NCBI GenBank assembly: GCA_043745805.1
Contig: JAYTSD010000004.1
Location: forward strand, 64,001 to 128,000
Reading direction: 5' to 3'
Length of the DNA: 64,000 bases
From: Fibrobacteria bacterium
GTDB taxonomy: Bacteria > Fibrobacterota > Fibrobacteria > UBA11236
Position numbers and translations under genes: made by a program. Under the pieces are notes generated by a model. It had not been told where the DNA came from and made no database searches. It saw nothing but the letters and a program-made list of their open reading frames with translations. Below are positions 52,301 through 61,518 of this stretch, piece after piece. Every line of letters starts with the position of its first letter. Within the stretch, counting starts at the first letter, position 1.

Positions 52301-52899
52301 TTATCCATTAGTTTCCGGCTTAGGAAAGGTGAGCAGCATTTCACGGTAGTAGTTGTATTGCTTTTTGCGGGCTATAAGCTCGGTGAAGGTGTCCAAAATG
52401 CGGACGATTTCGGATTGGATTTCGAGGGATTTTTTCGGGTTGTCGGGGCATGGAACAGGGACTCGGTACTTGTCAGTATCTGGAGTTGCAATCTGTGGCA
52501 TTTGCATTTTGCTGCCGAGATTCTGAAAGTACGGTTCATTCAGTTTAAGAAAATGATATAAATACTTGATATGGATAAACTCATTTTGTGAATGATATGA
52601 CCACATTTCATTCTTGTGCGAAAATGGTTTATCGTAATATTCAAACTCAATATTACCACGAGATTTAACGACGATAGAAGGCTCTCTATTTATATCCTTC
52701 TCTGGAATATCGTTAAAATCGAAAAAGGAAATTGTTTTGCCACCTGCAAAAATTTTTAATGGGGCATCATCTTTGTGTAAGACCTTCATTTCACTAGCGG
52801 TAATTTTTGTGCCTTTAGTACGCACAAGCACCCCCCCAAGGCCTTCCACTCTACCGCCACACCTTCAAGCAGTGCTTTCATTGGATTCTGATTACTCAT
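52301..52899 (-). pseudogene. hsdS: Half-size type I R-M specificity subunit, out of frame at a G7 tract
   Basis: N-terminus LLEGVAVEWKALG; -1 at 52831-52837; C-terminal Q.EIVRILDTFTEL.ARKKQY.YYR..LL.F. Confidence 0.82.
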
Positions 52900-53725
52900 G
52901 CTTGCCTCTATGCATTTTTTTAACCCCTAGGTCATCGGTAAGCAAACGCATTTGGTGTATGGCTGTACGGTTCAATAGCTTTATTCTTTCTGATTGTGGC
53001 AATCCCTGCTGTATTAAATGAGCATTCAGGTTTTCAAGGTTGGCAAGACACACCAGATGTGAGACATTTGCATAATCTCGAATGTTACCATTTTTACCAT
53101 GGTTCTCATCACGCCATTGCTTTGCGGTTTTCCCGAACAGTGCCATATTCAGCAGATCAGCCTCTGAAGCATACACAAGATTCATTTGCTGATTGGTTAA
53201 TTCCGCCGGGATCAGGTTTTCTTTGATGGCATCGGTGTGAATTCGGTAATTGATTTTAGTGAGTTGGCGTTTGAAATCCCAACCAAGTTTTTTCTGCTCC
53301 TCTTCTTTGAGTCGCTGGAACTCTTTAATGAGATAAAATTTCAGTTCCGGAGAAATCCAGGTAGCAAATTCAAAAGCGATATCCTTATGAGCATAGGTAC
53401 CGCCATAGCGTCCAGCCTTGGAAATAAGTCCTATCGCATTTGTTTTTTCAATCCATTGTTTTGCAGAGAGAACATAGCCATTACTGCCACTTTCATTTTT
53501 AATGTAACTGAATTCCGTTAGATTAAAATTCGGGTTGCTCACGCGTTCCCAAATCCCCATAAATTCAATAGTGTAGCGGGTACTAAGCCAATGAGAAATA
53601 ACAACACCGGTATGCTCAGCGTTCTTATGTTTGGCCAAATCCGTCAGCGAGATATAATCTTCAGCCCCCTGATTAAAAAAGGTCACATCACTGCCGATTA
53701 TTTCAATTTTTTTGTTTTTATCCAT
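52892..53725 (-). CDS. KilA-N domain DNA-binding protein
   Basis: DYISLTDLAK, GRYGGTYAHKDIAFEFATWISPE, NYRIHTDAIK; start inferred at ATG 53725. Confidence 0.9.
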   Translation of the reverse strand: MDKNKKIEIIGSDVTFFNQGAEDYISLTDLAKHKNAEHTGVVISHWLSTRYTIEFMGIWERVSNPNFNLTEFSYIKNESGSNGYVLSAKQWIEKTNAIGLISKAGRYGGTYAHKDIAFEFATWISPELKFYLIKEFQRLKEEEQKKLGWDFKRQLTKINYRIHTDAIKENLIPAELTNQQMNLVYASEADLLNMALFGKTAKQWRDENHGKNGNIRDYANVSHLVCLANLENLNAHLIQQGLPQSERIKLLNRTAIHQMRLLTDDLGVKKMHRGKHE

Positions 53726-53802
53726 TATAGAAGCTTCCTTAACGGCTTCCACTCCACCGTCGCCCCATCAAGCAGTCTCTCCATTAAATTCTGATTACTC
53801 AT
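53725..53802 (-). pseudogene. 25-codon duplicate of the hsdS 5' end ([25 protein letters not shown])
   Basis: Homologous to 52843-52908 (24 bp identical); its TAA overlaps the KilA-N ATG. Confidence 0.75.
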
Positions 53803-54544
53803 GCTTGCCTCCTAAATTCCCCTCTTGAGGGGTGGCAGGCTGCAAGACTGACGGGGTGGATGCATTAAGCATGTAAAAGACAGAAGAATCCACCCCGCCC
53901 TTCGGGCACCGCTCAAGAGGGGAATTTTTTTGGGAACTAAGTTCAGCAGAATTCTTAAGCGTACTCGCTACGGCGTTTATTTCATCTTCACGTATTTTAA
54001 TAGCTGCAACAACTTTTTCTTTTACAGAAGAGATAAACTTCTTAACTTCCAAATCAGTGAAATGAATAACTTCTAATTGCAGGCCGCGCAAAATTGCTTC
54101 GCGTTGTGCGTCGTACTCCTGTTTAAAATCGTGACTACTCCCATCTATTTCAAAGACCAGTCCCAATTCGGGAATAAAAAAATCGACGATGAAATTTCCA
54201 ATAATGACTTGCCTGTCTATATCATAGCCCAAGGATTTTTTGTATTTGAACGCTTGCCAGAATAGTACTTCTGCCAGATTTCCAGCTTTTCGAAGCTCTC
54301 TGGATCTTTGAGTGAGTTTTTTATTTTTTGGGAGCGCTAAGTAGTTGAATATCCGCCTCTCAGGAGGGGAATTAAGAAAATGCGACTCTATGTATTTATT
54401 CCCCTCCATTGGAGGGGTGGCCGACAGGGCGGGGTGGTAGAAATTGGTTTTAAATGTTTGGGTTATCGACCCAAGAATCTTTGGATATACCGTATAGAAC
54501 TTCTGGATGGTTTCGACGAGGTGGTTAAAATTTAGGATGTTCAT
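53795..54544 (-). CDS. DUF559 (Vsr-like) endonuclease with repeat-encoded N- and C-terminal extensions
   Basis: RELRK....[29 protein letters not shown]. Confidence 0.87.
   Translation of the reverse strand: MNILNFNHLVETIQKFYTVYPKILGSITQTFKTNFYHPALSATPPMEGNKYIESHFLNSPPERRIFNYLALPKNKKLTQRSRELRKAGNLAEVLFWQAFKYKKSLGYDIDRQVIIGNFIVDFFIPELGLVFEIDGSSHDFKQEYDAQREAILRGLQLEVIHFTDLEVKKFISSVKEKVVAAIKIREDEINAVASTLKNSAELSSQKNSPLERCPKGGVDSSVFYMLNASTPSVLQPATPQEGNLGGKHE
53814..53927. repeat. Inverted pair of GC-rich palindromic elements downstream of the DUF559 core
   Basis: AAATTCCCCTCTTGAGGGGTG...CGGGGTGGAT (53814-53861) and its inverted partner (53888-53927). Confidence 0.85.
54354..54438. repeat. Same palindromic element family upstream of the DUF559 core
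   Basis: TTCCCCTCCATTGGAGGGGTGGCCGACAGGGCGGGGTGG (54399-54437) plus a partial inverted copy at 54354-54373. Confidence 0.8.
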
Positions 54545-54950
54545 CCTTCACTGCCATTTTCAATCTCAGCAACAATGGCATCAATATCCGCGCGGAGTTT
54601 GTCAATTTTCTTCACTGTGATTTGTATCTCTGAATTAAGTTTTGTGATATTTATCAATTCGCGTGTGTCTTCGGCAACCACATAGGAGCTCACAGATAGA
54701 TTGTATTCATTGGCTTCAATGGCATCAAAGTCAACCGATTTCGCCATATACTCAATATCGACTTTACGATCGAAGGCATCCATGATCTGAGCAATATGAT
54801 CATCGGTGAGGGTGTTGTTATTTGTCTCTTTTTGAAGAGCGTGCCGAGTACATATTGCTTAAAATCCCATCCATCGATGGAGCCACGCACGTCGTTTGCA
54901 ATTTTCCAAATTTGGGATTGTAATTCGGCTCGTTGTGCGGCACTTGTCAT
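54541..54950 (-). pseudogene. hsdM: Type I R-M methyltransferase with nearly all of its interior deleted
   Basis: N-terminus [34 protein letters not shown] joined (with frameshift) to C-terminal ETNNN...YNLSVSSYV...IDAIVAEIE; no SAM-binding or NPPY motifs. Confidence 0.88.
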
Positions 54951-55139
54951 TTGTAAAACTCCAGTTTATATAAGAAAATAAATATAGCCTCGTTCCAAGT
55001 TGGTTTTCAGGTTTTTCTTTCCGGCGCGTGGATTTATTCTTTTTGTTAGGAGCGGTTTTTGAAATAAATTTTTTAATGTGGAGCATTGCATGCAACTATC
55101 GCTTGCATGAATCGTTTATCATTCATTCACAAAAAAAAT

Positions 55140-55202
55140 CTTCATACATTTTGATTACAAATAAATTATTTGCTTGCGTGTTACTCGGCACTTCGACAGG
55201 CT
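55140..55202 (+). repeat. Right copy of 63-bp direct repeat
   Basis: 62/63 identical to 50509-50571; runs into the REP-like element. Confidence 0.93.
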
Positions 55203-55415
55203 CAGTGACCGAGCAACACGTTCGGGCATAGTGTATACTTCGGTCACTGAGCCTGTCGAAGTGACCAAGATGCAACCGAAATGTTTACGTTCGCAAATTT
55301 TCGAATATGTAAGGGCGCTGTGAACGAACCCCACATGCATATCGAAAGGGTAGACGAGGATCACGCGAGTTAACACGGTATTTCGTATCTCGGTCACTGA
55401 GCCTTTGTCGAAGTG
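55189..55415. repeat. REP-like cluster (CACTTCGACAGGCTCAGTGACCGA), three copies
   Basis: Perfect 24-bp inverted pair 55189-55212 / 55240-55263; third copy 55390-55415 with a TT insertion. Confidence 0.88.
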
Positions 55416-55548
55416 AACGAAACGTGAGTGTTAAATCGTGAAGCCGAGGCTAGGGGAAGACTTTCCCCTTTATCAAGTAGCCATACATAACCAAGAAGAA
55501 AATTTCCCTGCTAGCCAAAACTTCGCTTTTATAGCATAATATCAACTT

Positions 55549-56364
55549 ATGGAAACACTAATCGAAGCCCCAATAAATGTCGTGATTTTTTTTGCCGGAA
55601 TTTTTGGTTTAATGGTGGGTTCATTTTTTAATGTCGTAATATGGCGTATGCCTCGTGAGGAAAGCGTGGTATTCCCTCCTTCGCATTGCACGCGTTGCGG
55701 CTACAAAATAAAGTTTTATGAAAATATTCCAGTACTCTCTTGGCTATGGCTAAAGGGCAAATGCAAAAGCTGCGGCGTCTCTATTGGATTCATTTATCCC
55801 TTGGTAGAAATATTTACGGGCATTTGTGCGGCGCTTTGTGCCTATTATTTTTTATATCACCCGACACTCTATCCCTTAGATTTCATGCTCGGCATGACTT
55901 TTTTGATTTTGGTGAGCATCCCTATTTTTGTTATCGACTTTAAACATTATCTCATCCCTGATGTTTTGGTTTTTCCTGGCATGTTGATTGGGTTAGGATT
56001 AAGTTTTTTACGGGGAGGACAAACTCCTTTGCAGTCATTATTAGGGTTAATCGGGGGTGGCGGATTTCTTTGGTTAATCGGATTTGTGTCGAGCAAAATT
56101 TTAAAAAAAGAAGCCATGGGTTTTGGCGATGTTAAACTTTTGGCCATGTGCGGAGCTCTCTTTGGGGTGAAAACTGCACTTTTAGGGCTGATGGCGGCAT
56201 CTTTTTTAGGAACTTTTTTTGGGCTGCCTATGATGTGGTTGCGACGCTTAAATTCCGAACGGCAAATCCCCTTCGGGCCCTTTATATGCTTGGGTGTGAT
56301 GCTTGCCGGTTTTTTTGCGGAACGATTTTTACTCTGGTATTTAGGCCTCGGATCGGGTGAATAA
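55549..56364 (+). CDS. pilD: Prepilin peptidase
   Basis: GSFFNVVIWR, SHCTRC, GKCKSC, IDF...IPD, AMGFGDVKL, IPFGPF. Confidence 0.95.
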   Translation: METLIEAPINVVIFFAGIFGLMVGSFFNVVIWRMPREESVVFPPSHCTRCGYKIKFYENIPVLSWLWLKGKCKSCGVSIGFIYPLVEIFTGICAALCAYYFLYHPTLYPLDFMLGMTFLILVSIPIFVIDFKHYLIPDVLVFPGMLIGLGLSFLRGGQTPLQSLLGLIGGGGFLWLIGFVSSKILKKEAMGFGDVKLLAMCGALFGVKTALLGLMAASFLGTFFGLPMMWLRRLNSERQIPFGPFICLGVMLAGFFAERFLLWYLGLGSGE

Positions 56365-56485
56365 AAGATCCTTTTTCAGGGTTTGGGTTTCAAAAACGGC
56401 AAAATTCCCCAATATTTATTATCTTTACCGAACATTTTTGACACTTATTTAACTTAGCACACCGAACCAGAAATGGGGAGTTGCG

Positions 56486-59233
56486 ATGGCCAATATTCTA
56501 AAACTGGATGAGAATTGGGACTTTTGTTTTGACCCCGTTGATGCGGGTCTGATAGATCAATGGTACCGAAAAAAGCCTCTTTCCGTAAAAAAAGTAAAGA
56601 TTCCCCATGTGTGGAATTTGGAAAACAATGAAGAAGACGCGCATATTGCTTATTACTTCAAAGAGTTTGCCGTAGATAAAAAAGAAAGCCCTAAGCGCTT
56701 TTTTATTCGTTTTGAATCGGTGCATCATCATGCTACCGTATGGCTCAATGGCGAAGAAATCGGCATGCATATGGGCGGATCTAGCTCTTTTGAAGTCGAT
56801 GGTTCGCGTTTTGTACGCATTGGCGAAAGCAATTTTTTAACTATTCGCGTACAAACCCTTGATAGACAAGGCAAAATCGGTGAACTTACCGGCCCTGAAA
56901 TCGCATTAGGTGGACCTCATGCACGCGGTGCCTTTGCTGGATTAACCGGCGATGTGTATTTGATGATGGTGGGTAAAGCCGGCATTCGCTGCTTAAATGT
57001 ATTTACGGATTATGAAGCCGATCGCATTTCTATCGAAGCTAAATTTTGGAATCCAAAAGGCTTTCAAGCGGAATTAGAATATGAACTCACAAGCCCTTCC
57101 GGCGATGTGGGACTCATGACTAAAAGCATAAAATTCGAGCGTGAAAATGCAGAATTAAAATTGCAATTAGTCCTCGACAATGTACGCCTATGGACTCCTG
57201 ACCAACCTTGGCTATACCAATTAAAAGTACGTCTATTAGGCTCCTATCCGGTTTCGCTACAATTCGGTATGCGCGGCACCGATGTGGAAAAGGGAACCTT
57301 CAAACTCAATCAAAAGAATTTGAAAATTAAAGGCGTAAGTTACCCTTGGTTTTTCCCAGTGGGCCATGGCTTACCTGTTTTTCCTGTCGATATCAAAAAA
57401 GAAATTTTGTTATTAAAAGACGCAGGCATCAATTTGTTACGCTCAGGCGGAGCACCTTTGCCTAAGCCTGTGCTGGATATTTGTGATGAAGTGGGAATGA
57501 TGGTTTTGCAAGAAACTACTTGTTACAATCAAAAATCCAGTCGCGATAGTTTAGAAGTTTTAAAAACGCAAATTCAAAACCTTATTGATTGCGATGGTAG
57601 TCATCCCAGTGTTTTTGGTTGGGTTATTGGATCCGAAAATGGATCGATGGTTTTAGAAAACGGTAATAAGCTTTTGCGTTATGCTGCCGAACTCGATCCC
57701 ACACGACCTATATTCTCTAATTTCTGCTCCGTAACTATGGATAATATGGGCGGTGGAAAAATTGATTTAGGCAAAGCCTTTCAACCTTCGGCCCAAGCCA
57801 TTAGCCCTTTTGAATCGCATCGCTTAAAAATTGGCTTTCCGGTTTCGGTACGAACCTTTTCCATGTTGGCTAGCTATTGCACCTCAAAAGATGGCAAAAC
57901 CATTGCCGATGGTGTACATGGAAGCAAATCATTTTGGGAACGTTACAATTATCTCAAAGATGATTTAGATGGTAAAGTGATTGTCGATGGCTTAGGTGCT
58001 TGTATGCCCGAAAGCTTAACGGAAATTTTAGAAGGCGCGAAAGCGTATGCGCAACAATCTGATGTTAAAGATGTGCAACAATTACAAAATGAATTGACAC
58101 AAGGCCTCAAAGAAAATGGCTTAGACATCTGGAAAGATGCCGAAAGCTTTTGGAAAGAAGCGGCTGCTTTAGGCCGTCAAGGCTTACTAAAACAAATCGA
58201 CGCGCTCATGAGCAATACGCAAATTTCTGGCTATATGTTAGACAGTACAGCGGATGCCGGTTTAAACTTTTCGGGACTTTTAAATTGGTTCCGTAAACCA
58301 AAACCTATTCTCGAAGCCTTGAAAAAAGTCAATGGTCCCATTCACATGATTGCCGAAGCCGAGGAACGTACACCTTATATTGGCACATCTGCGGCCATTA
58401 AAATTCATTTGATAAATGAAGACGACTTAGGCGAATATAATTTACAGCTGCGCGTCAAAGGCCCTAATGGTCGAGTTTTGCATCAAGAAAGCATGCCTGG
58501 TAAAGCTAAGGTAGGCGTTAATTCTTTGGGTCGTTTTAAATTTCCTGTGGGTTTTGAAAAAGGCAAATTCTCCTTTGATCTCACTTTATCCAAAAGCAAT
58601 AAAGAAGTTTTACGCACTGAAGAAAACTTTTTTGTTCCTCCTGAAATAAAATTGGATGCGGTGCTTAAACAAGTGCAGCTCATAGGTAACTTTCCCGATA
58701 CCTTAACCATTTCCACTTCCAATGATGCCTCAACCCTAGTGGTTATAGATATTGCGAATCTGGATAATGTTAAGCTCAAAGTGATGTTCGATAAAGTGCA
58801 GCAGGGAGCTACTTTAATTCTGGGCTGTCTCACGGATGAAGATGCGCGTAAATTAAATGGTTTGAAATTCCTTCCGCAAGCCTTGAATTGCTTCCGCGCT
58901 TCTGGTGCGGTAAACGGCAGCTTTCATTTTGCAACCAATGCACCTGAGTTTAAAGACTTGCCTTCGCAATGCTTGCTCGATCAAAACTATGCGGATATCA
59001 TGCCTATGTGGAGCTTAGAACCTATTGCCAATACCAAGGTTGCGGCGGGTAGTGTAACCATGCTTCCTAGTGTGCACGACAAAGCTAAACTCAAATGGGG
59101 TGTGGATATTGCAACGTTACCTTTAGGTAAAGGAAAAGTGGTATTTTATCAATTGGATATTTTTACCAAGCTCGGTAAAAATGCTTTGGCCGATGCCCTA
59201 TTCTCCAACTTGATTAATGCCTTAAAAAAATAA
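56486..59233 (+). CDS. Glycoside hydrolase family 2-like protein
   Basis: Sugar-binding N-domain (VWLNG), LWTPDQPWLY, FG.R, NLLR, CDEVGMMV, HPSVFGW, DPTRP. Confidence 0.8.
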   Translation: MANILKLDENWDFCFDPVDAGLIDQWYRKKPLSVKKVKIPHVWNLENNEEDAHIAYYFKEFAVDKKESPKRFFIRFESVHHHATVWLNGEEIGMHMGGSSSFEVDGSRFVRIGESNFLTIRVQTLDRQGKIGELTGPEIALGGPHARGAFAGLTGDVYLMMVGKAGIRCLNVFTDYEADRISIEAKFWNPKGFQAELEYELTSPSGDVGLMTKSIKFERENAELKLQLVLDNVRLWTPDQPWLYQLKVRLLGSYPVSLQFGMRGTDVEKGTFKLNQKNLKIKGVSYPWFFPVGHGLPVFPVDIKKEILLLKDAGINLLRSGGAPLPKPVLDICDEVGMMVLQETTCYNQKSSRDSLEVLKTQIQNLIDCDGSHPSVFGWVIGSENGSMVLENGNKLLRYAAELDPTRPIFSNFCSVTMDNMGGGKIDLGKAFQPSAQAISPFESHRLKIGFPVSVRTFSMLASYCTSKDGKTIADGVHGSKSFWERYNYLKDDLDGKVIVDGLGACMPESLTEILEGAKAYAQQSDVKDVQQLQNELTQGLKENGLDIWKDAESFWKEAAALGRQGLLKQIDALMSNTQISGYMLDSTADAGLNFSGLLNWFRKPKPILEALKKVNGPIHMIAEAEERTPYIGTSAAIKIHLINEDDLGEYNLQLRVKGPNGRVLHQESMPGKAKVGVNSLGRFKFPVGFEKGKFSFDLTLSKSNKEVLRTEENFFVPPEIKLDAVLKQVQLIGNFPDTLTISTSNDASTLVVIDIANLDNVKLKVMFDKVQQGATLILGCLTDEDARKLNGLKFLPQALNCFRASGAVNGSFHFATNAPEFKDLPSQCLLDQNYADIMPMWSLEPIANTKVAAGSVTMLPSVHDKAKLKWGVDIATLPLGKGKVVFYQLDIFTKLGKNALADALFSNLINALKK

Positions 59234-59253
59234 TTCCTTTATTTTTTATTCAT

Positions 59254-59297
59254 AAAAAAATCCTCCGAGAATCTATAAAGTCTCGGAGGATTTTTTT
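59254..59297. terminator. Bidirectional intrinsic terminator between convergent genes
   Basis: AAAAAAATCCTCCGAGA-N10-TCTCGGAGGATTTTTTT. Confidence 0.9.
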
Positions 59298-59319
59298 TAC
59301 GCAGATTTAAAAATTAAGC

Positions 59320-60381
59320 TTAATTTTCAGCTTTCTTCTTCGTCGCTGCTTTTACTTTTTCACCTTTTTTCTTGGTCGTATTTTTTTCAATAGATTTTTT
59401 GGCTGGCTCTTTTTCAGGCTTATCTTTCTTAGCGATATCTTTTGCAATGTCTTTGGGACCATCCTTACTAACTTCCTTATTCACCACTTTAAGCGTGTCC
59501 TTTACCATTTCTTTCTTAACGGCATCAAGGGGCTTAATCTCTAAGGGAAATTGCGGAATGGAATCGAGATGCGCTAAGCTATCTATTGCTTTGAGCGGTA
59601 AATTATCGCTGTTAATTTTTAAGGAATCTTTTTTAAGCAGGCTACTATCTATCTTAGGAGTAGTCACAATGTTATTATTTGCACGACTCCAACTTGGAAT
59701 TAAACGATCCGATTCTGCCTTTTCAATTTTAGGATGCGAAAAGCGAATTTCAAACCAAGCATATATAAAACGTAACCACTCTTCTAACCAAGTTTTACGG
59801 CTATTCCTATCACTCCACCAAGCATTAGGTTCATACGACGAAAATTCAGCGCCATATAATTGAATAACAGGATTTCCATTTGCTAATTTTTTAAAAATCA
59901 TAGCTGAGCGCGCCGAATGGAAATTAGAAGTAATCACTAAGAGGGTATCGATTTGCATCAGACGCGCTTGTCGCAAAATCAATGTGGCTTCTTCAAAAGT
60001 CGAGTATGCATCTTGATGAAATTCAAATAATTTATTTCGGGAATATCCGGCTTTTATCATTTCCTCGCGAATATATTCGCTGCCATAATGCGTTTTGTAA
60101 ATCGGAGTAGCGGATAATATTAATGAATCGATGCGCCCTTCGAGAAAAAGTTTAACCGAGGCTTCGGAACGTTCACAATTTCGCGACTCTCCCGCTAATA
60201 CCACCGCCCAAGCACGATGTTCAAAAGCATCATTGTGAACTAAGGCATTACCACTTTTCCAAAGTAATATACCGATTAATAAGAATAGTAGTAGAAGAGT
60301 GATGAGGGCAATGATTAGCCGAAATCCCCAGCCACCAGAGCTTTTTTTAGCTTTCGGATTAGTGCGGGGACGTAACGGCAA
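59320..60381 (-). CDS. YdcF/ElyC (DUF218) family protein with Lys-rich tail
   Basis: TM, VVLAG, STFEEA, LVITSNFHSARS; start uncertain. Confidence 0.8.
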   Translation of the reverse strand: MPLRPRTNPKAKKSSGGWGFRLIIALITLLLLFLLIGILLWKSGNALVHNDAFEHRAWAVVLAGESRNCERSEASVKLFLEGRIDSLILSATPIYKTHYGSEYIREEMIKAGYSRNKLFEFHQDAYSTFEEATLILRQARLMQIDTLLVITSNFHSARSAMIFKKLANGNPVIQLYGAEFSSYEPNAWWSDRNSRKTWLEEWLRFIYAWFEIRFSHPKIEKAESDRLIPSWSRANNNIVTTPKIDSSLLKKDSLKINSDNLPLKAIDSLAHLDSIPQFPLEIKPLDAVKKEMVKDTLKVVNKEVSKDGPKDIAKDIAKKDKPEKEPAKKSIEKNTTKKKGEKVKAATKKKAEN

Positions 60382-60425
60382 AGGGACCTCGAAGTTAAAG
60401 GGTAAAAAGCGGCAAGCCGCCGCGC

Positions 60426-60920
60426 TTAATCTTCAAATATGGTAACAGACATTTCCACGGGATTCACAGGATTATCGCGAAAGTCTTTATCTTCCGCCAC
60501 GATAGCATCCACAGCATCTAAACCTTCAATCACTTTACCAAAAGCGCTGTATTGTCCATTTAGGTGAGAAGAATCCGAAGTCATAATAAAAAATTGTGAG
60601 GAAGCCGAATTAGGATTGGCGGCGCGCGCCATGGAAACAATGCCGCGAACATGCGACACATCGCTAAATTCCGCCTTAATATTTTTACCCGATCCACCCG
60701 TACCATGTAATTGACGGTCTTTTAATTTGCTATTGGGGTCGCCACCTTGAATCATGAATCCAGGAATCACGCGATGAAATAAGCAATTTTCATAAAAGCC
60801 TTTTTCTGCCAATTCAATAAAGTTTTCCACATGATTGGGCGCTTTATCACTGAGAAACTCAATAACAATATCTCCATGTCGTGTTGCAATTTTAGCCTTC
60901 TTCATGCCATCCTCTTTCAA
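60426..60920 (-). CDS. Cyclophilin-type peptidyl-prolyl isomerase
   Basis: FHRVIPGFMIQGGDP, SMAR, SQFFI, YSAFGKV. Confidence 0.95.
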   Translation of the reverse strand: MKEDGMKKAKIATRHGDIVIEFLSDKAPNHVENFIELAEKGFYENCLFHRVIPGFMIQGGDPNSKLKDRQLHGTGGSGKNIKAEFSDVSHVRGIVSMARAANPNSASSQFFIMTSDSSHLNGQYSAFGKVIEGLDAVDAIVAEDKDFRDNPVNPVEMSVTIFED

Positions 60921-60996
60921 AATGCCTCAATATTAAAAAATACCTTGCCGACCCTCAAGCATAGGGCGCTGATACTTTTAAGTATTTTCTTAAAGC

Positions 60997-61512
60997 TTAA
61001 AGTCTTAAGCTCATTAATACCGCGTCTTCCTGTTTGTCGCTATAATAACCTTTTCTTAGGCCCGTTTGCTTAAATCCTAACTTGTCATAAAATGCTAGGG
61101 CCGCACTATTTCCAGCACGTGCTTCTAAATGAACGATGCGATATTGCGCCGCTTCGGCCCAAGCTATCATTTGCATTAATAGACTACTCGCCAAACCTTG
61201 TCGCCTTTGGGAAGCGTGAATTGCCAAGTTTTGTATTTCTATTTCATCTCCCACACCTGAAAAACACAAAAACCCTTTAAACGCTTCCTGCGAGGGTATT
61301 TGTTTATTTTCCAAAACCCATCCTTGATAAATAGCATGACTAAGTGGCGAGACAGCGTTGACCGGAAGGTTACCGGTAATGAATTGTTCCTTCTCACTCA
61401 AAAAGGCTTCGAAATGCTCCCAAACCCAAGGTTGAGAATTGGCTTCACATTCTAGGTTTAATACGTAGGGGCCATCTGCAGCAACCATTGAACGTATCAT
61501 GGGCGGACTCAT
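60997..61512 (-). CDS. rimI: RimI-like GNAT acetyltransferase
   Basis: NLAI...RRQGLA, LEAR.GN, G.RKGYY...EDA; follows tsaB. Confidence 0.85.
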   Translation of the reverse strand: MSPPMIRSMVAADGPYVLNLECEANSQPWVWEHFEAFLSEKEQFITGNLPVNAVSPLSHAIYQGWVLENKQIPSQEAFKGFLCFSGVGDEIEIQNLAIHASQRRQGLASSLLMQMIAWAEAAQYRIVHLEARAGNSAALAFYDKLGFKQTGLRKGYYSDKQEDAVLMSLRL

Positions 61513-61518
61513 CGATTA

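Noticed and set aside
50509..55202. Prophage or IS/composite transposon
   Set aside because: No integrase, transposase, terminal inverted repeats or phage structural genes
55155..55397. 80-aa ORF containing STGSVT and RSLSLSK
   Set aside because: Arises from reading through the REP-like palindromes
55189..55415. Second CRISPR array
   Set aside because: Copies are inverted and irregularly spaced
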